Source of the DNA: a virus
Lineage: Duplodnaviria; Caudoviricetes
Reading direction: 5' to 3' (one strand)
Virus record (IMG/VR): IMGVR_UViG_3300029288_000085
Location: 64,001 to 128,000 of that record
DNA: 64,000 bases
Below the pieces are notes generated by a model. That model ran no database searches. It was given only the letters and a program-made list of their open reading frames with translations, and was not told the origin of the DNA. Position numbers and translations under genes: made by a program. This document shows, piece after piece, positions 28,926-39,683 of this stretch (the stretch's first letter is position 1; every line of letters begins with the position of its first letter).

Positions 28926-29482
28926 TTCTTAACCTTATAAAAAAGTTCACGCCAAGTATCTAGAGGTAAATCCATAATCCCATTAACCCCAACCATTTGT
29001 TTACGCAATTCTGCTTTTCTGAATATGTTTTCTTCAGTCAAAACTACAGTCAATGAAATATTAAATTTAGAATAATCTGTAACACCATAAAGTAAATGTT
29101 CTACTTTTGTCTGATTACAAATTTTAGATAGGATAATGTTAAGCCAACCTACATCCATACTTAATACTCTTGAAATTCCACCTGTCAATAAATATAAAGA
29201 TAACTGCGTAGTCAACCTAACAATATCAACACTATCTCTCTCATATCCTAAATTGATAATCTTTTTAATATTTAGTTCTTTACCAATACGGAATAAATCA
29301 TCTGACCTTTGTTCATATACAGCAGATTTACAAATATCATCTCTACAAAAAAATATTGGTCTATCATCATCTTTATTTATAACTACTATATCATAAACAT
29401 CTTTAGGAACAGATAGGATAAGACCAGAACAATGTTTAACCCAATCATAAGAATTATTACTAACTATAAGCGACTTGGACAT
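28922..29482 (-). CDS. Hypothetical protein, possibly a degenerate LmbE/PIG-L deacetylase fold
   Basis: R..L...G.ELNI..I.NL.Y and K..L...M patterns; the metal-binding HxDD motif is absent. Confidence 0.35.
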   Translation of the reverse strand: MSKSLIVSNNSYDWVKHCSGLILSVPKDVYDIVVINKDDDRPIFFCRDDICKSAVYEQRSDDLFRIGKELNIKKIINLGYERDSVDIVRLTTQLSLYLLTGGISRVLSMDVGWLNIILSKICNQTKVEHLLYGVTDYSKFNISLTVVLTEENIFRKAELRKQMVGVNGIMDLPLDTWRELFYKVKK

Positions 29483-29485
29483 AAT

Positions 29486-30496
29486 TTACCTCAAATAGTT
29501 TTTATTATCTGTATAAATATTGCTTGAAATATCAACTTCTGACCACCAATTAGGGTTTTCTTTGTACCATTTGATAGTTTTCTGAATACTCCCTTTTAAG
29601 TTAGTTATTGGGGCAAAGTCTAACTCCTCTTTTATTTTAGAACTATTTATAGCATATTGTCTATCATTTCCTGGACGATTAAATACTTGTTCTATATAAC
29701 TACTCCATAACTCTATGTTATCCTCACCAGTTAATTCCTTCAGCAGTAGCATCAACATATACTTATTAGTACAACGGATTCCACTACCAACATTATAGAT
29801 TTGTCCTACTATCCCCCCATTGAGAACTTTCATAATCCCATTACAACAATCTTGTACATATATCCATTCTCTTTTCTCATTGCCTTCTCCATGTAAGAAC
29901 ATTTTTTCTCCTCGAAGAAATCTAAGTATATTAAAAGGAACTAATTTCTCTGGATATTGTCTTTCCCCCATATTATTTGAAGGGCGTACAATAATTAATG
30001 GAAGATTATATGTTTTATAATAAGACAACAATAAAAGATCAGCAGCAGCTTTACTAGCAGCATAAGGGCTATTTGGAATCATAGGAAATGATTCATCTGC
30101 TTCACCACTATAACTATCACCATATACCTCATCTGTTGAAATATGAATGAATCTTTCTATCCCAAGTTTAAGTGAACAATATGCTAAATTGAATACACCA
30201 AGTACGTCTGTCTTAACAAAATCCATAGGATTAGTAATAGATCTGTCAACGTGAGTCTGAGCAGCAAAATTAACTACAGTATCAATTTTGTGATATTTCA
30301 TAATATCTATTATAGTTGGATCTTCTATTCCAACATATAAAATCTTCTCAAAGTCTACATTCCTGACATTTTTTATATTACCAGCATAAGTCATTTTATC
30401 TAAGATTACCACATTAAACTTGTAGTTATTATATAACTGCTCAACAAAATGACTGCCCATAAAACCACAAGATCCGGTAACAAGTATATTTTTCAC
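29486..30496 (-). CDS. rfbB: dTDP-glucose 4,6-dehydratase
   Basis: GxxGxxG, DKMTYAGN, THVDRSI, STDEVYG, YAASK, QYPEKL.P, RPG.DR.Y. Confidence 0.92.
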   Translation of the reverse strand: MKNILVTGSCGFMGSHFVEQLYNNYKFNVVILDKMTYAGNIKNVRNVDFEKILYVGIEDPTIIDIMKYHKIDTVVNFAAQTHVDRSITNPMDFVKTDVLGVFNLAYCSLKLGIERFIHISTDEVYGDSYSGEADESFPMIPNSPYAASKAAADLLLLSYYKTYNLPLIIVRPSNNMGERQYPEKLVPFNILRFLRGEKMFLHGEGNEKREWIYVQDCCNGIMKVLNGGIVGQIYNVGSGIRCTNKYMLMLLLKELTGEDNIELWSSYIEQVFNRPGNDRQYAINSSKIKEELDFAPITNLKGSIQKTIKWYKENPNWWSEVDISSNIYTDNKNYLR

Positions 30497-31339
30497 CTAT
30501 TCAATACTTTCTCCTTCCTTTATAAATTGATGATATAATTCATAAAGTTGTTCTTTGGTAAAAAGACATCTACTACTTTTAATTAAGTTTTTTTCTGCTA
30601 ATATTAATCGTAAGTTTATTGGGGAAGCTATAATTTCGGATGGTATATTATTTTCAAAACCTTTGGCAACTGAATATATGTGATCTAAGACATATCCAGT
30701 ACTACCATTTCTAGATCTTTTTAAATTTTGTGAATTTATTAAATAGTAGTACTTTGAAAAATTTATATTAGATAATTTTCTTACTTCAGTTTGGTATACA
30801 CTTGCTTTTTCTAACTCTTCTTTTGAATATTTTTTTTGATTAAATATTGGACACTCATCCTTACATCTTTGAGAGCAGTAAAATCTTCTATCTCCCCTAC
30901 TTTTACCATTTATAACTGCAATTCTTCCTTGAACACTATACCAACTTGGTGTAAACCATTGTTTACATTTTAGACATTTGACTTGTAGTATATTATGATC
31001 TTCTGGATTTCTACGTGTTTCTTCACAGAAAGAAATTTGTGAAGCATATGTATCATACAACGGTAATTTTTTACTACGTACTCCCCCCTTCCAATTTCTA
31101 TTTTTATTTCCTAAAGAATCAATACTTCTTTTTTTTCTATCTTCTTTAGATATATCTTTTCTAGCACAGGAGTTTGAACAATATAAACCAAACGAATGAC
31201 CAGTTGATAAAAATGGTTCCCCACAAATTTTACAAAAGTCAACATACTTATATCTTTCTGACTTGTTTGATTTAGAATACCAATGCCCACTTTTACAGCT
31301 ATATCTCAAATTTTCTAGATTATCCCAACAAATTTTCAT
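30497..31339 (-). mobile_element. Free-standing HNH-type homing endonuclease, paralogue of 17381..18319
   Basis: Shares the MKI.W.N.ENLRY and QISFCEE.R.NP..ILQV.C..CK.W.TP...FYCS..CK..C.IFNQKKY blocks; has a different C-terminal LDHIYSV...NL...N..K nuclease. Confidence 0.8.
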
Positions 31340-32014
31340 CTATCTCTCATCCTTATAATTATAAACCTTCAACAGAGAAGAAAGTTTTTCAAATAAGTCA
31401 TTAATAGAAAAATCACACACATTAGTAAAGAACCCATTATATATAGTCTCCCAATTCTTGTATAAATCTATCTGAGAGGTATCCAAACCTCTAGGGTATC
31501 TTTCTTTTTGCCCTTCATGTCTAATTCTTTCCCAAGGTTTTAACATAATATCTTCAAAAGGTAATCCTAAAAACTTACACATTTTGTCAGTTTCTAATTT
31601 TATGTTAGTAATTACATCTTCAACCTTTATAGTTAATATATTTCCTGGAAAATTTTTATATAGTTCACAATATATAAAGGCAGCCCAAAACATATCTTTT
31701 ATGTTACCTTTAAAACTTGCATCATCTGCTCTTTTCCATCCTCTGAAGATTTTACTTGCTGCTTGATCAAATGGATGACGAGTAGTCCAAATAATCTTAC
31801 TATCAGGGTTATTTATAAAAAACCTACATACAACATTAAAATTAGGTATGTAGTTAGTATCACACTTTGTTAAATAGTTATGGATATATAATGTATCTCT
31901 CAAAAATAATTGTTTATCTTCGGGATAAGATGAGGGGATCAAAAAAGATGAACCCGAAATAATTTCAAGTATCAAATTTGTCCCAGAACGTCCATTACTT
32001 AAAACTACTACCAT
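31340..32014 (-). CDS. PAPS-dependent sulfotransferase
   Basis: GRSGTNL 5'-PSB loop, RHP.D..AS 3'-PB motif, (Y/V)ED...FLGLPFE. Confidence 0.8.
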   Translation of the reverse strand: MVVVLSNGRSGTNLILEIISGSSFLIPSSYPEDKQLFLRDTLYIHNYLTKCDTNYIPNFNVVCRFFINNPDSKIIWTTRHPFDQAASKIFRGWKRADDASFKGNIKDMFWAAFIYCELYKNFPGNILTIKVEDVITNIKLETDKMCKFLGLPFEDIMLKPWERIRHEGQKERYPRGLDTSQIDLYKNWETIYNGFFTNVCDFSINDLFEKLSSLLKVYNYKDER

Positions 32015-32023
32015 TTAAATCAC

Positions 32024-32671
32024 CTATTTTAATTCTATGAGTGAGCAATAACTTGCCCAAGGAGTTGAAACTATTCTCTTAGCAACTGCTTCATAATCCG
32101 TGAAAAAAACAATACTAGGTTTTCTATGACTAAGAGCTAGAAAACTAATGAAACCTTCTGGTCCTAAGAATCCTTCTGAGTTAATTACTATATCTATTAT
32201 ATCAATAATATTAGTTTTACTAATAAGATTAATACAACCTTTTATATCCTTATATTTTGAACTAGTACCCACTAATACACATCTATTTGTGTAACTCTTT
32301 ATAGTTTGTTCTACATATGATATTTCTAATTCCTTACAATTATATCCTTTGTCCTTTCCTGAATGTGGTTGAATTATGATATATGGTTTCCTAATTTTAT
32401 AATGAATCCGTGAAGTATCATATCTCAAATATGGAAAATACTCCATGTCTGGAGAATGTGAATCCGATGTAATTTCTTCTAGATCAGTTCTCGGATTTTC
32501 AACTGAAACCCATTTTACATTTGGTGCTAGTGAAAATACATTCTGTATTGACTCATTCCAATAGGAATGCTTAGTATGATGATAAACTATTATATTGTCT
32601 TTAATATTGAGTAGTTTACAAGTCTGAATGTATGCATCACCCAGTGAACCATTTACAGAAAGTTCTTTCAT
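32024..32671 (-). CDS. GT9-like glycosyltransferase
   Basis: GSLGD, IIQPHSG, NLISKT, FLG.EG..S..A. Confidence 0.7.
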   Translation of the reverse strand: MKELSVNGSLGDAYIQTCKLLNIKDNIIVYHHTKHSYWNESIQNVFSLAPNVKWVSVENPRTDLEEITSDSHSPDMEYFPYLRYDTSRIHYKIRKPYIIIQPHSGKDKGYNCKELEISYVEQTIKSYTNRCVLVGTSSKYKDIKGCINLISKTNIIDIIDIVINSEGFLGPEGFISFLALSHRKPSIVFFTDYEAVAKRIVSTPWASYCSLIELK

Positions 32672-33387
32672 ACTTGTCCATATTTTCGCATAGTTAGCAG
32701 ATCATCTTTCATTAAACCTACACGTTCCAAAATAGGGATAAAACCTCCCTGACCGGCATAGTGTGTCACAAAAGCATCTGCTCTAGATTTGCCACACCAA
32801 TTTTCTGTGAACATAGACATAAAGTTATATTCTATTGGAAGTTCATAAATTGGAATATTCATTTTATGAATTTGATATCCAAGATAAACATCATCGAAAC
32901 CTAGTCCCAACCAGAGATTTTCTTCTGATACTGGTTTAAATATTTCTCGTGATGACTTTGGAAACAACGCAAATCCAGTGTTTATATATCCTGTTTTCCA
33001 ACCAACATCACCAAACTGCTTCTGTACTAGAGTAATTCTTTTTCTTCTATCTTCCTGTCTACTACCTACATCCTCATAGATTGAGGCAATATGATTTTCA
33101 GGAACGACTTCAAATATATTAGGACACTTGTTTGAAATTAAGATATCAGTATCTACAGATAGAATAGAATCATACTCTTCAAACAAATCATAGAATTGCA
33201 TTATCCGATAATGTTTATGCAATCCTTTACAATCTTCAATAACTTTAAAATCAGCCCCACATCTCTCAGCATAGGATTTAAGTAAGGGATGCGTCAAAAT
33301 TGCCATATCAGTTTGTGTTTCATCGGATCTTGTTGCTATAAGTCTTTTCATTTTTCCCTCAAAAGTTATATAATTTCCTAAAATCAT
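32668..33387 (-). CDS. GT8-like glycosyltransferase
   Basis: DTD (DxD), YINTG, YNF, THYAG. Confidence 0.8.
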   Translation of the reverse strand: MILGNYITFEGKMKRLIATRSDETQTDMAILTHPLLKSYAERCGADFKVIEDCKGLHKHYRIMQFYDLFEEYDSILSVDTDILISNKCPNIFEVVPENHIASIYEDVGSRQEDRRKRITLVQKQFGDVGWKTGYINTGFALFPKSSREIFKPVSEENLWLGLGFDDVYLGYQIHKMNIPIYELPIEYNFMSMFTENWCGKSRADAFVTHYAGQGGFIPILERVGLMKDDLLTMRKYGQV

Positions 33388-34258
33388 TAATCTTTGTTAG
33401 ACCAGACTCCTCTATTAACTTATGATGTTGACCATTATAAACATGGAGATATCCATTAGAATTTGGGGTGAAATCTTTTGCATACCATGGAGATTTTAAT
33501 CCTGATAATTCTTGGTTCTTATTGACCCAATATTCCTCATCACCAAGATAATAACTTCTATATATCTTCATAAGCCAATCAGTTTTTAATTTCTGATTTG
33601 TTCCAGCATATTCTGATTGCCAAAAATCATATTTCATCCACGGATTTTGGAGCATAGAGTAGTGAAACATCAGATTCGTTGTCTTATATATCTTATTTAC
33701 TTTCTGATCCCATCTTTGTGTAGGAATAAATCTCTGATTCTCATTTTCTATTTTGAATAATCTAAAATGTGATCCAAAAAGATAATGTTGCATATTGATA
33801 TAAAAGAATCGTTCTGATAATTCTATCTTGTTGCAGTTGTCAAAATCTATAACCCTATAAATTTCTTCTACTAGTTCTTGGCTAAAAAATTCATCCACAT
33901 CTAGAGTAAATATCCAACTTCCTTTTTCAAAATACACAGAGTTATATTTCAGCATAGTATTGAAAATATTAGCTTTTTCAGTTGAATGTTTTCCATCACC
34001 AACTAAAGCACCTGATATAACTTCCATATGCTTGCATTTCCAGTTATTGATTTCTCGTTCAGTAATGAAATAGTCTTTAAACTCATTAGCCAAATTATAT
34101 GTATTATCTTCATATTTTGTCATGTCTGGAGAATGTGGAGCAACCCACACTAGCACTTCATCACAGATATCCACTGCTTGTTTAAGTGCTAATTCTACGA
34201 ATCCCTCAGATCCCCATGCTGCCATCAAACCAATTATTTTTCTAGTCTTATCCACCAA
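33359..34258 (-). CDS. GT2-like glycosyltransferase
   Basis: W.FTLDVDEF, RLFK, HYS. Confidence 0.75.
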   Translation of the reverse strand: MVDKTRKIIGLMAAWGSEGFVELALKQAVDICDEVLVWVAPHSPDMTKYEDNTYNLANEFKDYFITEREINNWKCKHMEVISGALVGDGKHSTEKANIFNTMLKYNSVYFEKGSWIFTLDVDEFFSQELVEEIYRVIDFDNCNKIELSERFFYINMQHYLFGSHFRLFKIENENQRFIPTQRWDQKVNKIYKTTNLMFHYSMLQNPWMKYDFWQSEYAGTNQKLKTDWLMKIYRSYYLGDEEYWVNKNQELSGLKSPWYAKDFTPNSNGYLHVYNGQHHKLIEESGLTKINDFRKLYNF

Positions 34259-34776
34259 TCTTCTCCTTCATGTTTTATCTTATCTAAACTACCAAAATAT
34301 TTTGATATGCCATCCTTGACATATTTACGAGTATAATCATGCCCTGCAATATATCCACCTTTCTTTACTTTGGGCATATATAATTCTACGTCCTTGCAAA
34401 CTATTTCAACCCTATGATCACCATCTATATAAACAAAATCTAATTCTTCATCTGGGATACGAGTATGAGCATTCCATGAATAATCTATTATCCATACTAT
34501 TTTAGACTGATAACTTTTCAGATATTCTTTAGCAAAATCAAGAGATTCAGGTGACTGTTTATTAGTAGAAAGTGTTCCATCTTTTGCAGAAGGGTATGGT
34601 TGATAAGAATCTATAAGATAAATAGTTTTAATATTCAATGTTGACAATATGCGTAATGCATTATACCCATATTGCACACCTACTTCTGCAACAATCATTT
34701 CACTTCTACTTCTCAAAGCTTCTAACTTCAAAAATGGTCTGTTCTTATTATTTTGTCTTTCAGGATTAGGTAGCAC
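34234..34776 (-). CDS. Class I SAM methyltransferase (Methyltransf_24-like)
   Basis: AEVGVQYG, DFVYIDGDH, GG.IAGHDY. Confidence 0.9.
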   Translation of the reverse strand: MLPNPERQNNKNRPFLKLEALRSRSEMIVAEVGVQYGYNALRILSTLNIKTIYLIDSYQPYPSAKDGTLSTNKQSPESLDFAKEYLKSYQSKIVWIIDYSWNAHTRIPDEELDFVYIDGDHRVEIVCKDVELYMPKVKKGGYIAGHDYTRKYVKDGISKYFGSLDKIKHEGEDWWIRLEK

Positions 34777-36016
34777 TTTTCTGTCCTAATAATATTTTCT
34801 GATGCCAAGGAATCTTATCCTTGAACATTTCTACAAACCATTTCTGTATTTCTTTCAATTGTTGATTTGTGAAATTGGGTGTAGACCATATATCATTTGC
34901 GTACTCATCTACTTTACTCCAATCTACATCTTTAAATCTTTTGTAATCATAAAACTCTGTCCCTGGATATGGAGCTAGAATTGTAAATCCAATAACATCA
35001 GGATCTATATCTTTAGCTAATTCCATCGTTTTCATTATTGAATCATTATCTTCTTCTGGTGTTCCTAATAGGAAGAATGCTCGTCTACTTAACCCATACT
35101 TTCTTCCCCATTCAAATACTTTCTTGATCTTATTTACAGTTACACCCTTATTTATACTGTTCAAGATTTTCTGAGAACCTGATTCTACTCCTACCATAAT
35201 CATATCACAATCTGCTTTTGTCATCATCTCCAAACTTTTTTCAGTTGCATAAGCAGCATGAACCATACAATCCCACTTGATATTATTTCTTCGCTTAATC
35301 TTCTCATTACAGAAGTTTAGTACTACGTTGTCAGATACTGCCCATGTAGGATCTACAAATTTGATTCTATTTATATTATATTCTTTCTGCAAATACTCTA
35401 TTTCATCCATCACATCGTTAGGATTTCTTATTCGCACATTTCCTTGTGTCATGCAGAATTCAGCACACATTTTACAATGACTCTTACACCCTCTTATACT
35501 CTGAACACTAGCAATCCTCTCCCCAAAATTCTTTTCACAATAGTCAAACTGTCTTTCTATCTTCATTGCTTTTCTATCTGGCCAATATCTAACGTAAGGA
35601 ATAAGAAAACCTTCAAAGATTCTAAGTGATAAATTCTTCAGAGATAATACAACAGGCAGAGTTACATCCCCCTCTCCTGCAATAATATAGTCAACAAATT
35701 TTGGGATTTCTAAAAAACCTGTTCTATAAGAAGCAGTTACATGCCATCCCCCCAATATAGTTTTTACATTAGGGTTGATCTTCTTTATCTCTTCCACAAA
35801 ATATAATGCACGAGAATACGTAGGGCTTGTAGCAGATAAACATACAAAATCAGCCTTTGAGGATTCCTTAATTATATCTTCAGATTTATCAAATGCTTCG
35901 TGAAAAAAAAGAATATCTATATTTTTTATTAATAACTTACATGCTTGAATAAGATATCCCGACCAAAGTGGTTCCCAAAAATTATGATAATATGGTTGTA
36001 TAAAACTTACTTTCAT
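34766..36016 (-). CDS. Cobalamin-binding radical SAM enzyme (class B methylase-like)
   Basis: N-terminal B12-like domain (GG.HVT, GEGD), RGCxxxCxxC, GVESGS, PYPGT. Confidence 0.9.
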   Translation of the reverse strand: MKVSFIQPYYHNFWEPLWSGYLIQACKLLIKNIDILFFHEAFDKSEDIIKESSKADFVCLSATSPTYSRALYFVEEIKKINPNVKTILGGWHVTASYRTGFLEIPKFVDYIIAGEGDVTLPVVLSLKNLSLRIFEGFLIPYVRYWPDRKAMKIERQFDYCEKNFGERIASVQSIRGCKSHCKMCAEFCMTQGNVRIRNPNDVMDEIEYLQKEYNINRIKFVDPTWAVSDNVVLNFCNEKIKRRNNIKWDCMVHAAYATEKSLEMMTKADCDMIMVGVESGSQKILNSINKGVTVNKIKKVFEWGRKYGLSRRAFFLLGTPEEDNDSIMKTMELAKDIDPDVIGFTILAPYPGTEFYDYKRFKDVDWSKVDEYANDIWSTPNFTNQQLKEIQKWFVEMFKDKIPWHQKILLGQKSAT

Positions 36017-36981
36017 TCTACTGCTCTCTTTATAACCTCACAAATAAATCCTACTTTATTTTCCATTCCTTTATATACTGGTAATGCTATTATCCTATTA
36101 TATATGTAGTCAGTGTTTGGAAGACCTTTTATTAAAGGTTCATAATAAATTTTTACTTCAATCCCATATTTATAAAAAGCGTTAGCAATTTTATCTCTAG
36201 TTTCTTTATCCTTTAATACAATTGCATATACACTTTGATTAGAACACTCTGGGATACTTTGTTCAGTATACTCTATATTATCAGATAGATATTTCCTATA
36301 ACTATCTATGATTCCAAATCTAAGACCTTGATTATTCCGAAAATGTTTTATAGACTCTAAAGCTACTCTAGCATTTATTTCAGTTAACTTAGAATAGTTA
36401 TTAACTAACTTGATACATTCATTTGCTAATGAACGATCTTTAGTAAGAATGACCCCGCCTTGCATACCACTAACAAGTTTAGTAAATGATAAAGATACTA
36501 CTTCTAAATATCCTCTTTGTCCAAGTTCAGGTAAACCAAAACCATGTGCGGCATCTACAATTAGATATTTACATCCAATATAATCACTGTTGAACTGATT
36601 ACCAAACGTATCTACCCCTATTCGAATATCACATGATACATTCCTCTCTTCAGATAACCAAGAATCTAACTTTACATCTTCAAAATATACATTTGCGTTA
36701 TTAGATTCTGCTGCATATAATGTGCTATACCAAGTAAAAGCTGGAAGTGAAATAATTGATTCATAAACTGATAATGATTTTATTGCTATGGCAAGCCCTG
36801 AAGTACAATTTGCACAAGAGATTGCAAACGCATTATGATGTTTCTCAAAATATTTTTCTAACTCTTTAATATAACTACCCTTTGCTACATTCCCACTTTT
36901 TAGAATATTAGCAACATCTTCAGCAATTGTATCTTCATTCTCTACTGAAAATCTATGGAATGGTACGATTACTTCACCCAC
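36013..36981 (-). CDS. DegT/DnrJ/EryC1/StrS sugar aminotransferase
   Basis: NCTSGL, PAFTW.ST, DAAH, S..FTK (PLP lysine), GG.I.T. Confidence 0.9.
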   Translation of the reverse strand: MGEVIVPFHRFSVENEDTIAEDVANILKSGNVAKGSYIKELEKYFEKHHNAFAISCANCTSGLAIAIKSLSVYESIISLPAFTWYSTLYAAESNNANVYFEDVKLDSWLSEERNVSCDIRIGVDTFGNQFNSDYIGCKYLIVDAAHGFGLPELGQRGYLEVVSLSFTKLVSGMQGGVILTKDRSLANECIKLVNNYSKLTEINARVALESIKHFRNNQGLRFGIIDSYRKYLSDNIEYTEQSIPECSNQSVYAIVLKDKETRDKIANAFYKYGIEVKIYYEPLIKGLPNTDYIYNRIIALPVYKGMENKVGFICEVIKRAVE

Positions 36982-37898
36982 TTTTTTACCTCCTTAACAA
37001 AAATATTTTCATTTGGTGTCCATTCAATATTATTTAATATAATATTTGAATTGTCACAATCACTTTTTTTATCTTTTCCAACATATAGACATGACACAAA
37101 TGCACCACTTCTTTCAAAGACTTTCATATATCGTTGTTTAAAGTGTCTATCTAATTCGGCAATAAAACCACCACTTCGAGTAGTACCCTTTTCGGGTAAT
37201 ATTGCACGACCAACAATAAATATTTTATCATCAGTTACTGAGAAATCTCTACACAGAAATCTGGAATCAAATTTTATCTGTGGGCCTTTGTTATTTATAA
37301 GCATATTTTTTCCTAAGATATAAGGTTCATCATCAATAAAATAAAAACAATCAGATTCAATATCAAATGATTCAGCAGATAGCATTTCAAACTTTTTATT
37401 CAAAGTAACTAAACCGCCAGTGTCTGAGTCATTTATTTTACTTAAATTTATATAAATTTTATCATTATGGACATCTATACTAGTGAATGTGTCAAAAAGA
37501 CTTGTGTATTCTTCACAGTTAAATTTTATCATATATACATCATAGCTCTTTTCAAGACTGAGGATTACAATTCCTTTTATCCCATTTGATGCAATAAATG
37601 TATTATCCCCTTGGGCTTTAGATTTTCCTAATGCTAGATCAATATTATTTCCATCTAAGTTATAAATTGTAAATATAGGATTACTCTTAGTATAAGTACA
37701 AATATTAAGATTAGTATTGATGATTATACTATTATTAGTTTCAGATATACCACAAAAGTGTTCATTGTCATTTTCTAATCTATATAAGACATTTAAATCT
37801 TTTGTGACATCATCAAATGTATATAGATTGCCATCGCCGGAACCTATCAATACTTTATTTTCTATCCCATTTATCTTCAATTGGTTTTCCATAAACAA
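36969..37898 (-). CDS. Hypothetical beta-propeller protein
   Basis: Repeating short beta-strand units (..I.V...KIY.., .RDFSVTDDKIFIVG). Confidence 0.5.
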   Translation of the reverse strand: MFMENQLKINGIENKVLIGSGDGNLYTFDDVTKDLNVLYRLENDNEHFCGISETNNSIIINTNLNICTYTKSNPIFTIYNLDGNNIDLALGKSKAQGDNTFIASNGIKGIVILSLEKSYDVYMIKFNCEEYTSLFDTFTSIDVHNDKIYINLSKINDSDTGGLVTLNKKFEMLSAESFDIESDCFYFIDDEPYILGKNMLINNKGPQIKFDSRFLCRDFSVTDDKIFIVGRAILPEKGTTRSGGFIAELDRHFKQRYMKVFERSGAFVSCLYVGKDKKSDCDNSNIILNNIEWTPNENIFVKEVKKWVK

Positions 37899-38844
37899 AA
37901 CTCTCTAATATTTGATATAATTCCTTTGCTCGTATTGAATCAGTATGATAGTTATTTATCATATTGATAGCATTAAAGGTCACTTCTTTCACTAAGTCTG
38001 CATCGTTCTGTATGATTCTTGATACTTTCAGTATATCACTACAATCCTGTTCATATTTAAAATAACATTGTTTTCCTGGAAATAAACTGTCACTACATAT
38101 GAAATCATTACTCAAAAGAGTAGCCCCAGTTGCCATAATCTCAAATGCCTTAGCAGGGGCCATATTAAGATAATATAGACTACAAGATAGACCACATCTA
38201 TATTGCTTTATAAGTTTGGGGTATGCTTCATACCCAACATTTCCATAATAGTCTAAACTACCATCTAATTCTAACATTCTTATAGCCAACTGTCTTGTTC
38301 TATACAACACATTTGTACTATATCTTCCACCACCCACATATAAGATTTTGTTATATTTACTACTCAAATAGTCTGTTGTTGGATCTGTAAGAAAATCCTC
38401 GTGTGCAGACCAGGGAAGATATACATTCCGTATGGGGAATAAATTTGCTGCATATGGGCCTCTACATATAATCAGGTCAATACCCTTCTCCTTATACCAA
38501 TTTTCATTGTTATCATTTAGATATGTGTAGTAATCTATTTCAAGTGAAACTTTAGGAATATTTTTAATTTGTTCAAAACCAGCTACTCTTGAAAGCATTA
38601 TCTTAGATATAATATACTCAGGCATAACAATTATATCCGGTTTTATTATATTAGCAACATCTTTTAAAGATAGTTTATGATTAAATTCTATAGGAGATAT
38701 TTCTTCACCATTTAACTCCTGTTCATCTTTTCCATAAATAAAGAAATCACAATGTTCTTTAAGACGTAACATGAATTCAGCTTGTAATCTTCTAGTATCT
38801 CGTCTACGTCCATCAAATAAATGCAAACAGCGCATTTTTAACAC
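37855..38844 (-). CDS. CgeB-like (Glyco_trans_1_2) glycosyltransferase
   Basis: YLPWS, R..AI..L, K.FEIMA.G, H...RA..L. Confidence 0.8.
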   Translation of the reverse strand: MLKMRCLHLFDGRRRDTRRLQAEFMLRLKEHCDFFIYGKDEQELNGEEISPIEFNHKLSLKDVANIIKPDIIVMPEYIISKIMLSRVAGFEQIKNIPKVSLEIDYYTYLNDNNENWYKEKGIDLIICRGPYAANLFPIRNVYLPWSAHEDFLTDPTTDYLSSKYNKILYVGGGRYSTNVLYRTRQLAIRMLELDGSLDYYGNVGYEAYPKLIKQYRCGLSCSLYYLNMAPAKAFEIMATGATLLSNDFICSDSLFPGKQCYFKYEQDCSDILKVSRIIQNDADLVKEVTFNAINMINNYHTDSIRAKELYQILESFVYGKPIEDKWDRK

Positions 38845-38900
38845 CTCATCTCATAATAATTACATCCTTTAACTTGATGTATTTTTTTATGCAATGTATG
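38841..38900 (-). pseudogene. Second HNH C-terminal remnant, overlapped by a 41-codon CxxC...CxxC mini-ORF (38846..38971)
   Basis: Encodes HKKIHQVKGCNYYEMRC; 28 of 30 nt are identical to 20486..20515. Confidence 0.6.
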
Positions 38901-38948
38901 CAAACCATACCCCATTCACGTTTATTAAATTCATTGTCTTTCCTATCC

Positions 38949-39683
38949 TCAAGACATTTTACACATTTCATTTATCTTAGCCTCAACAAAAATTTCGCAC
39001 CCATAATTTGGAAGTATAGAAGCCATATTATTTAAACCATCAACGATCTTACTGTCCACTAGACAAGTCATTTGAGTATCAGAAAATGGTTTAATTAGAT
39101 AAGATCCGCTTGTGATAATTTGGAATCCATTATCTTGCAAATGACGTTGCAATAACTTTTTATCAAAATGAAACTGATGATCAAACATAATATCATAATC
39201 TGAATTCAGCTCTAATCCCATACAAGACCCTAAAATCTTGTGTAAGGACTTGGAATTAGGAACATTTATATGAATCTTTGTATTTCTGTTGCAGATGGTA
39301 TGTATTTTGCTAAGAAAAATATCTATATTGTGTACAAGATGAAGTACACTACTTAATATTATAAGATCAAATTTCTGCCCTTCTGAATTCCAATTTTCTA
39401 ATTCTGTATGCTCTACAATAATATTACCATAATCATATATATTTCTTTGTGCTTCATCAACAAATCTTTTTTCTTTTTCTATAACTATATATTTATCAAA
39501 TGAAGCTTCATTTAAATCTGTAAAATAGAACTGTAATCCACAACCTACATCCAGAATTGTCCTATGTGGATATCTATTCATAAACTTTAGAACTTCAATT
39601 CTTCGATATTTTTCTACAAATGTCTCAAAGTGAATTGTGTTATGTTCTGCAATATAATCATTTACATAGTTGTGCATATCCAA
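38949..39683 (-). CDS. Class I SAM methyltransferase
   Basis: ILDVGCG, FDLI.LS.VLH, INVPN..SLH. Confidence 0.88.
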   Translation of the reverse strand: MDMHNYVNDYIAEHNTIHFETFVEKYRRIEVLKFMNRYPHRTILDVGCGLQFYFTDLNEASFDKYIVIEKEKRFVDEAQRNIYDYGNIIVEHTELENWNSEGQKFDLIILSSVLHLVHNIDIFLSKIHTICNRNTKIHINVPNSKSLHKILGSCMGLELNSDYDIMFDHQFHFDKKLLQRHLQDNGFQIITSGSYLIKPFSDTQMTCLVDSKIVDGLNNMASILPNYGCEIFVEAKINEMCKMS

